Below the pieces are notes generated by a model. That model did no database searches. It was not told the DNA's origin and worked only from the letters and a program-made list of their open reading frames with translations. Position numbers and translations under genes: made by a program. Shown here in pieces: positions 1-8,322 of a DNA stretch of 64,000 bases (positions are counted from its first letter, which is position 1; each line of letters begins with the position of its first letter). Source of the stretch: Bacteroidales bacterium (GTDB lineage: Bacteria > Bacteroidota > Bacteroidia > Bacteroidales > BM520); assembly GCA_050953245.1 (NCBI GenBank), contig JBMNMG010000003.1, forward strand, positions 111,908 to 175,907, in the 5' to 3' direction.

Positions 1-162
1 TTTCTAACATTAAGTAGAAATAGAAAATTAGAAATAGAAGACCCCAAAGTAATTGAAACTTATCGCAAAAAACTAAGTGGATTTAATTACAATACCGAAC
101 TCGAACTCTTTCTTTCCACTGAACCTAAAGTTGAATATATTAGAGAAATCAAATTTGAATAA
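1..162 (+). CDS. 3' end of a CDS truncated by the window edge, product unknown
   Basis: Frame 1 is open from base 1 to TAA at 160-162 (FLTLSRNRKLEIEDPKVIETYRKK...IREIKFE*) and converges on the next gene. Not in the ORF track because it has no start. Confidence 0.5.
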   Translation, partial: FLTLSRNRKLEIEDPKVIETYRKKLSGFNYNTELELFLSTEPKVEYIREIKFE

Positions 163-169
163 AAAACAT

Positions 170-538
170 CTATAAACTCTCTAATACATTTATGAATATT
201 TTCTTACACTCATCTTTACCAACACTTACAGTGCCGTTTACCTCGTTATAGCAGCTGTCTGTATCCAGAGATTGCAATACACATTTGTAAGTATGTGTAC
301 CAACTTCAACTGACTGCATTACATTACCTTCTATACCACAATCAACTATAGAATCACAAGGATTGGTGAGTTCTCCAACATAAAGATCATCTATGTAAAC
401 AGATACTTTAACAGGGCAATTAACAATGTGATAATTTGAACCAAAAGACATTTGTCCAAATTCTTCTGAATTTTCTTTTTTGTCACATGATATAGTACAC
501 ACGACAATTACTAAACAACTTAAAATTACTTTTTTCAT
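170..538 (-). CDS. Small Cys-rich lipoprotein
   Basis: MKK + hydrophobic stretch + lipobox ISC followed by DKKE, a charged motif like Bacteroidetes surface-export signals. Confidence 0.8.
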   Translation of the reverse strand: MKKVILSCLVIVVCTISCDKKENSEEFGQMSFGSNYHIVNCPVKVSVYIDDLYVGELTNPCDSIVDCGIEGNVMQSVEVGTHTYKCVLQSLDTDSCYNEVNGTVSVGKDECKKIFINVLESL

Positions 539-887
539 AACTTTTTCTCCATATTTTATTTGTTTGTTATTATAATTGTTTTTTTCATTTTAAAATATTT
601 AAAAGTTATACATAAAAAATTATATATATCTTGTAATTAATAAAATGCGGTTTGTGCTTTTTCTTATCTTGTTTGTACCGTGAAGCAGAACGGAAACACA
701 GGGAGGTTATTTTACGGTTTACCAACTCAAGATCTATTCAAAGGTATAAAAAAAAACAATATAAAAAAACTTTTTTTTTAAGATTTTTCATTAAATATTT
801 TAGGCATTTTTTAAAATAATCAATTTATAAGGCTTATATATAGAGAAATAACTACCAACCTTTGATAAAAACGGTTTGCTGTATAAT

Positions 888-1155
888 TAGGGACATTCAT
901 TGATAAAAAAATAAAGCCAACTAAATCATTGTGAAATGGTTGGCTTTTTTTATATCTTTGGTCATTACCTTGTTTTAGTAGTAAACAACTCAAAAAGGGA
1001 GGGAACCAATAATAAAAGTGAGCTTTGTTGTCAAATTTTTGGTATAAAAAACAGAAATATACTAACAAAAAAGAAAAATACCTACAAAAATAAAAATGCA
1101 AGATTGAAATTGTTATCAATCTTGCTCTAAAATTTGAATTTAACGAATATCCCTA
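888..1155. mobile_element. MITE-like non-autonomous element, copy 1 (R1)
   Basis: Begins TAGGGACATTCATT and ends AACGAATATCCCTA (imperfect terminal inverted repeat). About 90% identical by eye to 7168-7434. Internal hairpins at 913-947 and 1098-1125. No transposase ORF. Confidence 0.75.
953..960 (+). promoter_or_regulatory. Bacteroidetes sigmaA-type -7 element inside R1
   Basis: TATCTTTG matches TAnnTTTG, with ATTG 21 nt upstream as a near -33 element. The same site in copy 2 is CATCTTTG. Confidence 0.45.
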
Positions 1156-1221
1156 TTTAGTCATTTATTTTTTTGGAATATCTTTGAAAAGATAGAGATT
1201 AAAGTAATATTTAACTTATGA
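1156..1221 (+). pseudogene. 3' remnant of a paralog of the 6664-7167 lipoprotein
   Basis: Translates FSHLFFWNIFEKIEIKVIFNL*, versus FSHLYFWDIFEKIENDITFNLTYN* at 7093-7167. 38 of the first 42 nt are identical. The 5' part is absent upstream of R1. Confidence 0.8.
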
Positions 1222-1240
1222 TTAATAAAAAAACAAATAA

Positions 1241-1428
1241 TTTTTAGTTGTAAAGATAATCTTTATGTGCTGCTTAATAAGTTTAATTTAAGGTAATTCT
1301 TTTTATTTATCAACCATTTAAAAAAACATTATTAAATAATGATAAAACTTAAAATTAAAAAAATGTTTATAAAAAAAAATAACTCTTAAGAATTTGATTA
1401 TTAATATTTTTATTGTAACTTAGCAAAA
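1241..1428 (+). repeat. Intergenic module B, copy 1 (decayed terminator + promoter)
   Basis: Shares TTTTTAGTTGTAAA.ATAATCTT, TAATGATAAAA and AATTTGATTATTAATAT.TTTA.TGTAA.TTAGCAAAA with 6483-6627. TTTG (1393-1396) lies 19 nt before TAACTTAG (1416-1423). Confidence 0.7.
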
Positions 1429-1547
1429 AATATATTAATATAATATTATTATTGCACAATACAATTATTTCTCAAGCTTTTAAGAAAGGAGGTTAAAAAA
1501 ATAGCTTGTGTAAAATTAACTTATTATTAATAATAAAAAAAATTACT

Positions 1548-2524
1548 ATGAAGAAAATTATTACATATAGAGCAATAATTTTGTTGTTTTTTATTGTCTC
1601 TATTTTCATAAGCAAACAACAATTACAAGCACAAAATACTGAATTTGCTCCTTAGGAGCCGAATGGTATTATAGTAGATCTTATATGACGACTCCTAATG
1701 AATTTATTTGGCTAAATTCTGTTATTGACACTATTATTAATGACAAGCATGCTAAAGGTGTTGATTTTTATAGTATGTATGGGACTCTGTTAATTAGTAG
1801 GGAATATATTTATAATAATGGTAAACAAGTATATTATTATAATGATAATTATGATGATTTTTTTCTTCTATATGATTTTGCTGCAAATATAGGTGATACT
1901 ATTATAGTTCACAATGATACATTTATTCCAACAAAAGGATTTTTTAATGATGATTTTCCTATTCCTAATGGTTTTAAATACATTATAGACGACATCGATA
2001 GTATAGAAATATTTGGTCAAAAACTTGTACGTCAAAAAGTAAGAGATGTTATTGATTGTGGTTGGGGAATGGTAAATGATGCTTACACTAATAATGGTAG
2101 ATCTTATATAATTGAGAACATTGGTTCATTATCATTTCTTATGGGAGTTGGTGATTATATAGTTTTAGAAGAAGAGCCTTTAATGTTGAGATGTTATATA
2201 GATGGTGAAAACACTTATACCAATCCATTATGGCAAAAACCTTGTGATTATGGACTTGCAATTGAAAATAACAAAACAGATAAATTAAACCTTGAAATAT
2301 ATCCCAATCCTTGTAACGAATATGTCTATATAAATTGCTTATCAGACAATATTAATATAATTAATATTGAAATAATGAGTTTGCATGGGAAAAAATTAAA
2401 TTCAGTTGTTTTTTCAAACAATATGCCAATACAAATTGATATGAGTTCATTAACTTCGGGTTGTTATTTTTTACATCTATTGACATCTCAAGGAAGTTAT
2501 TATAAAAAAATTGTTGTAAATTAA
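1548..2524 (+). pseudogene. T9SS-secreted protein, split by a 1-bp deletion near 1651
   Basis: The signal-peptide ORF 1548-1655 (MKKIITYRAIILLFFIVS...QAQNTEFAP*) joins frame 1685-2524 if one base is restored, giving FAPLGAEWYY. C-terminal T9SS type A domain (IYPNPCNEY...YYKKIVVN). Restored length 325 aa. Confidence 0.8.
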
Positions 2525-2536
2525 TATTAAAATACT

Positions 2537-5500
2537 ATGAAAACACGAAAATACTTTTTTATATTACTATTTTTAAGTTTAATCTTTTCACAGAAAATAT
2601 ATAGTCAATGTGATAGTTGTATATTTAAGAATGATGAACTTTGGTTATTAATAAAAAACGTTCAATTAAAAAATGATACAGGAGCAATGACAAATGATGA
2701 TGAATTAAATATAGTTTTAGAGCGTAACAATATTAATAATATATATAAAGTATTTCCATATTCTAAAGATACAATATTAAAAAAACTATATAAGATTTAT
2801 TTTAATAGTAACATTGATATTATTATTAGTGATTTAGAAAGTTGTAATAATATTGAAAAAATAATAAAACGTCCTAAAACTGAAATGATTGAATTATATG
2901 AGCCATCAGACTATATGTGGCATATATAAGATTCCATAAATCCAGATGGTTGGTTGTGGCACTTAAAAAAAATTCAAGCAGATAAAGCTTGGGATATTAC
3001 AAAAGGAGATAGTTCTGTCAAAATCGCAGTAATTGATACTTGGGTAGATATAGAACATCCTGATCTAATTAACAAAGTTTATCCCAAATTTGATCCATAT
3101 GATAGTACATTATATAGCTCTGATTGTGGTCATAGTCCACATGGAACAACTGTGGCAAGTTTTGTTGCAGCAGAAACAGATGGTGGTGGTGAATTATCAG
3201 CTATTGGGTTTAATTGTATGATGATTTTTTATCAAGCATTTAATGGTAATTATATTGAAAAAGCTCATCATGCTTCATTAGCAATGAATGCTGACGTATT
3301 AACTTCATCAGCAGGAGGCTGGACTTGTTCTTCTGATATTGATGAATATGAAAAAATTGCTGTGAAAGAAATATTAGATAATGGAACAGTTATCGTTATG
3401 CCTGCAGGAAATGGCGATAGTGGTGTCCATTGTAAATATAATGGTAGACATAGAGCTTTTAAGCCTCTAAGTTCAGAATATGATGATCGAATAATATTAG
3501 TATCAAGCACTAATAAAGATGATAATCATACTTTTATCCAAAATGGAATAGATAAAACTCATTCGCATTATGATGAGGTTGATATATGTGCTCCAGGATA
3601 TGAAACCATGGGTGCAATTCCAACTAAAAAATATGAAAGTTTACATAATTGCATCTCGGTATGGCCATATTTTGGAAATTGTATAGGAACGTCATTTTCA
3701 TCTCCAATAGTTGCAGGAGTATGTGGTTTAATAAAATCAATAAATAAAGATTATACACCTGGTGAAATTGAGTATTTTATTAAATCTACAGCAGATGTAA
3801 TAAATGATTGTGATAACTATCCAAATGGTGTCGGTTCTGGTAGAATAAATGCTTACAAAGCAATACAATTAGCAGATAATTGTCAACCAAGTGAAATTTA
3901 TAATACAACTGTTTGGGAAAATGACACTTCTATTGTTTGCGGTTTTATTGTTAAAAATAATGCAACTTTAACATTAAAAGGTAAAGTTAAAGTGTCTAAT
4001 AAATGTAATATTATTGTAGAGCCGGGAGGAAAATTAATTTTAGATGGTACTTTATTGACTAGTTTAGATAATACCATGTGGCAGGGCATTCAAGTTTTGG
4101 GGAGATAGCGATTCACCACAAACATTAGTAAATGGAGAATATAAGCAAGGTTACGTTGAGTTAAAAAATGGTGCTATAATTGAAAATGCTATTTGTGCAT
4201 TAGATTTATGGAATCCTAATGATATTAATTCTACAGGTGGTATAGTGCATGCAACAGATGCTATTTTCCGTAATAATACTCGTTCTGTTCATGCTTTACT
4301 TTATGATAATAAACCTGATAGTGCTAATGATGGAAGAATATTAAGTTATAATGGTTATTTTAACAATTGTACTTTTGAGCTAAATAATGATTATATAGGC
4401 ACTGAAATATTTCACAAGCACGTTGATTTATCTAATGTTAAAGGTATAAAATTTACAGGTTGCGATTTTATTAATACTTGTACCGATTATGATAAAATAT
4501 CATATTGGAATACAGCAATTGCAATGTATAATGCAAGTTCCATAATTAAAGGTAAAACTGTAGTTTATGATCCAACAAATTGTACAGATAGTACAAACTT
4601 TAGCGGTTTTTATAGTGGTATTAATTCCGTTAACGATTTATCTTTACCGGCTACTTTAACAGTAAAACATGCTAATTTTACAAATAATGCTTTTGGTATT
4701 AAAATGTCTAATAATAGCTATTCTTCTATTTTATTCTCCAATTTTTTAATAGGTAGATTATGGGATTGTGGAGGAGGTATTTATTCTCAATCAATCAATA
4801 ATTTTAAGATTGAAGAAAATCATTTTTCTAAATTTACTCCTATCCCAAATGTTAATTTTTATGGTATTATAATGGATGATTCGAAAGGTGTTAATAATAT
4901 CTACCGTAATACGTTTAACGGTTTAACATATGGCAATTTTGCAAAAAACAAAAACTGGGTTGGTAATAATACTTTTGAAGGTTTAGAATATACTTGTAAT
5001 ACTAACATTAATAATAGTTGTGATTTTTATGTTGTCGATAATGCGACAGGAGCTTCAGGTATCCAAGCATTTCAAGGTAATGAAAATAAACCAGCAGGTA
5101 ATACTTTTAGTGATAGTAGAATTAAATGGCATTTTTATAATGGAGGTGATCATTTGATAGAATATTTTTATAATAGAAATATTAACTCTCAAATTCCTAA
5201 TTCTAATTTAATAAATGAAAAGGTAATACTTACACCTACAGATACATGTAATGCATGTTTATCTCATTATGAATATGTAGGAAACGATGATGATATTTTA
5301 CGTGGTGAAGAACGTTTAGCTAAAGAACAAGAATATTATGATGCATATAACAATTATACTAATATAAAAACATTATATGATAGAAGTATAGATGGAGGTG
5401 ATACAGAAGGTGAAATTCGTGATATCGAGACTGCTCAACCGGAAGACATGTGGCAGTTACGTACACAATTATTAGGTCATTCTCCTCATTTATCACAAGA

Positions 5501-6458
5501 AGTGTTAATAGAAGCCTCTGATCGTTCTGATATATTTATTGAATCTGTATTATTTGAGATTTTATCAGCTAACCCTGATGAATTGAGAAAAGACAGTTTA
5601 ATCAATTATTTGGAAAATAAAGAAACTCCCTTACCAGATTACATGATAGAATTATTAAAACAAATAGCAACAGGTAGTACGGCAAAAACTGCTTTGCAAA
5701 AACAAATGAGTACTTATAAACTACAATATTCACAAGCTGCAATGGAGTTAATTAGAAGTATATTAAATGATACAGTCTTAAATTTAGTAGATTTAAGAAA
5801 CTGGCTTGATAATCTTGGAGGATTAAATTCAGATAGACAAATAATTGCAACATATATTTACGAGGATGATTATAGTAATGCTTTATCTTTAGCAAACATG
5901 CTACCTTCATTATATAATTTATCTGAACGTGAATTAATAGAGCATAATCAATATATGCAAATATTAACTTTATATCAAACATTGTATAATAGTAATAGAA
6001 CTATATATGAGTTAAATAATGAAGAAAAAGCAATAATAACAGACTTTGCAGATAATGGTATTGGTATAGCGCAATCTATGGCAAAAGCAATAATGATCGG
6101 GGTTTATAATTCTACTGATTATTATGATGATTGCCCTATAGTTACAGAAAAACGGGGTGAAAGCCACTTAAAACCAGTAAATCCAAATAATTTGTCAGGA
6201 GCTTTAGGACTATCTATAAGTGCTAACCCAAATCCAGCAGTGTTATGGACAGCTTTTGATTATAAATTACCAGAATCAAAAACAAATGCAATAATAACTA
6301 TTACCAATATGATGGGTAAAATAGTAGATAAGATTGAAATTTATGATCAACAAGGACAAGTAGTATGGGATACTCGTAATGTTCCATCGGGGATTTATTT
6401 ATATACTATACAATGTGATAATTTAGTATTATCAGATAAAATTATTATTAAAAAGTAG
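2537..6458 (+). pseudogene. Large T9SS-secreted S8 (subtilisin-like) serine peptidase, disrupted by an in-frame TAA (2927-2929) and a +1 frameshift (TTTT at 4095-4098)
   Basis: ORFs 2537-2929 and 2954-4108 are in the same frame. Catalytic motifs IAVID, HGTTVA, PAGN and GTSFSSP are present. Removing one T gives WQGIQVWGDSD...QGYVELKNGAIIENA, continuous into 4245-6458, which ends in a T9SS CTD (NPNPA...SGIYLYTI...KIIIKK). Restored length 1306 aa. Confidence 0.8.
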
Positions 6459-6482
6459 TGAGTTAACATCGAAAATTTAATT

Positions 6483-6627
6483 TTTTTAGTTGTAAATATA
6501 ATCTTAAGGAGCTGTCTAATAAATTTAAGACAGCTCTTTATATCTTAACACTTAAAAAACTATTAAAAAATAATGATAAAATTTTTAAAAAATTTGATTA
6601 TTAATATCTTTAATGTAATTTAGCAAA
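6483..6627 (+). repeat. Intergenic module B, copy 2 (terminator + promoter)
   Basis: Homologous to 1241-1428. TTTG (6593-6596) lies 19 nt before TAATTTAG (6616-6623). Confidence 0.7.
6509..6536 (+). terminator. Probable intrinsic terminator after the S8 gene
   Basis: Perfect 9-bp stem GAGCTGTCT/AGACAGCTC followed by a short T run. Confidence 0.65.
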
Positions 6628-6663
6628 ATAATTTAGAAATTGAATGATTTTAAAACAGATAAT

Positions 6664-7167
6664 ATGAAAAAGAAAAACAGTAAAAAGAGCTATTCAACAT
6701 TAATTAGCACAATGTTGATCTTATTATTTATTCCTTTTATCTCATGTAAGAAAACTAATAATGAAACTGTAATAGCAAATCAAAATAATCTTCTTGATAA
6801 AGCAATTACAGAACAATTAGACAGTTTGTTTTCTCCCGAAAATGATAAATTATTTGATAAATTAGGAGGCGATACTTTATTTTATGTAATTAACTCACAA
6901 GAAGAGTGGTTAGAATTAGATATTTGTGATGAAATAGATATAGATTTTAACAAATATACATTAATTTTTGGAAGAGTTCCTTCTACGAGTTCACCTTCAG
7001 AAATAACAAAGAAAGAATTGGTTTATGATGAAGAAACAGATTTATATACATACAACGTAGAAGTATTTGTTAATCCCGATGGATATACTGCATTTAGTCA
7101 TTTATATTTTTGGGATATCTTTGAAAAAATTGAGAATGATATAACATTTAATTTAACTTATAATTAA
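6664..7167 (+). CDS. Lipoprotein of unknown function
   Basis: The ATG at 6664 is preferred over the TTG at 6640. Basic N-terminus, hydrophobic stretch, lipobox ISC then KK. Confidence 0.8.
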   Translation: MKKKNSKKSYSTLISTMLILLFIPFISCKKTNNETVIANQNNLLDKAITEQLDSLFSPENDKLFDKLGGDTLFYVINSQEEWLELDICDEIDIDFNKYTLIFGRVPSTSSPSEITKKELVYDEETDLYTYNVEVFVNPDGYTAFSHLYFWDIFEKIENDITFNLTYN

Positions 7168-7434
7168 TTGGACATTCATTAATTAAAAAAATAAAGCCAA
7201 CTAAATCATTGTGAAATAGTTGGTTTTTTTTACATCTTTGGTCATTACCTCGTTTTAGTAGTAAACAACTCAAATAGGGGGTAACCAATAACATAAGTGG
7301 CATTGTTGTCAAATTTTTGGTATAAAAAACAGAAATATACTAACCAAAAAGAAAAAACACCCACAAAAATAAAAAAGCAAGACTGAAATAGTTATCAATC
7401 TTGCCCTAAAATTTGAATTTAACGAATGTCCCTA
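7168..7434. mobile_element. MITE-like non-autonomous element, copy 2 (R2), same orientation as R1
   Basis: Begins TTGGACATTCATT immediately after the lipoprotein stop codon and ends AACGAATGTCCCTA. About 20 differences from R1 by eye. Confidence 0.75.
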
Positions 7435-7435
7435 T

Positions 7436-7470
7436 TAAGTCCTCAATATATTTGAATATTGGAGGACTTA
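7436..7470. terminator. Hairpin terminator between the cargo region and convergent truA
   Basis: TAAGTCCTC...GAGGACTTA stem extended by AATAT/ATATT, followed by a T run on the + strand. Confidence 0.7.
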
Positions 7471-7540
7471 TTTTTTTATTAAAATGTACTTTACTACTTA
7501 ATCAAAGATTTTATTAAAAAGTAATATTTAAACTTGATTC

Positions 7541-8320
7541 TTATAATTCTCTAAATACATTTCCGTAATCAACATCTACTAAAGTCAGTCCTTGCGGAGG
7601 AACCGACATTCCGGCATTAGATCTATTTTTACTTTCAATAATTTGTTTGAACTCATCGAGAGTGATTTTTTCCCTTCCAACATTAATTATAGTTCCACAA
7701 ATAGCTCTAACCATACCTCTTAAAAACCTATCAGCAGTTATTGAAAAGGTAATAATATGGTTTTGTTTTTCCCAGTTGGCATGAGAAATTTTACAGAGAT
7801 TGGTGTTATTGTCGCTTCCTGTTTTTGCAAAAGAAGAAAAGTCCGAATAATCATAAAGTATTTTAGATGCTTTATTCATTAACTCCAAATCCAGATTTGC
7901 TTGAAGTTTATATGATGTAGTGTAAAGAAAAGGGTCTTTTTGGTTGATTATTCTGTAATTATATGTCCGTGATAGGGCTGAGAATCTGGCATGAATATCT
8001 TCATTTACAGGTTCTAAGATTTTTTCTATTTTAATATCTTCAGGAAGAATTCCATTTAGCTTGTAAAGAAAATTCTGTGTATTATTGTAAATATTCTCTT
8101 TTATAACATTATCTTTATCTTCATCTAAATCAAAATGTAAAAAATATTTAGATGCATGAACACCTGTATCGGTTCTACCACATCCAATAACACTTATTTT
8201 TTTTTGTAATAATAAAGATAACCCTTTTTCTATTTCTTGTTGAACAGAATTGCTATTAGGCTGTATTTGCCATCCATGATAGTTAGATCCGTTATATTGT
8301 AATTGTAAAAATAATCGCAT
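7541..8320 (-). CDS. truA: tRNA pseudouridine(38-40) synthase TruA
   Basis: YNGSNYHGWQIQPN and GCGRTDTGVHA motifs. ATG at 8320 sits just after the upstream stop. Confidence 0.95.
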   Translation of the reverse strand: MRLFLQLQYNGSNYHGWQIQPNSNSVQQEIEKGLSLLLQKKISVIGCGRTDTGVHASKYFLHFDLDEDKDNVIKENIYNNTQNFLYKLNGILPEDIKIEKILEPVNEDIHARFSALSRTYNYRIINQKDPFLYTTSYKLQANLDLELMNKASKILYDYSDFSSFAKTGSDNNTNLCKISHANWEKQNHIITFSITADRFLRGMVRAICGTIINVGREKITLDEFKQIIESKNRSNAGMSVPPQGLTLVDVDYGNVFREL

Positions 8321-8322
8321 CC

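Noticed and set aside
645-746. Known riboswitch (TPP, cobalamin, SAM, c-di-GMP)
   Set aside because: I could not find the conserved core motifs of these classes on either strand. Kept only as a low-interest unexplained patch.
820-1130. ORFs 820-1119 (-) and 936-1130 (+)
   Set aside because: They overlap the MITE-like repeat, are not preserved in copy 2 (indels), and have low-complexity composition.
2927-2929. Programmed readthrough or genetic-code reassignment of the in-frame TAA
   Set aside because: TAA is the ordinary stop of most genes here, including ones that end at the expected conserved position, and the same gene also has a frameshift. Decay or error is simpler.
4095-4102. Phase variation at TTTTGGGG (and TT at 1652)
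   Set aside because: The runs are too short for typical slipped-strand switches, and the upstream nonsense codon would keep the gene off anyway.
880-7445. Long (4-9 bp) target-site duplications around R1, R2 or the composite
   Set aside because: The flanks share only TA. The apparent similarity of the right flanks (TTTAGTC vs TTAAGTC) is explained by the lipoprotein remnant and the terminator respectively.
8197-8205. A9 run in truA as a programmed slippage site
   Set aside because: It lies early in a single-domain enzyme where a shift would give a useless fragment, with no precedent. Used as a background control for the dnaX run.
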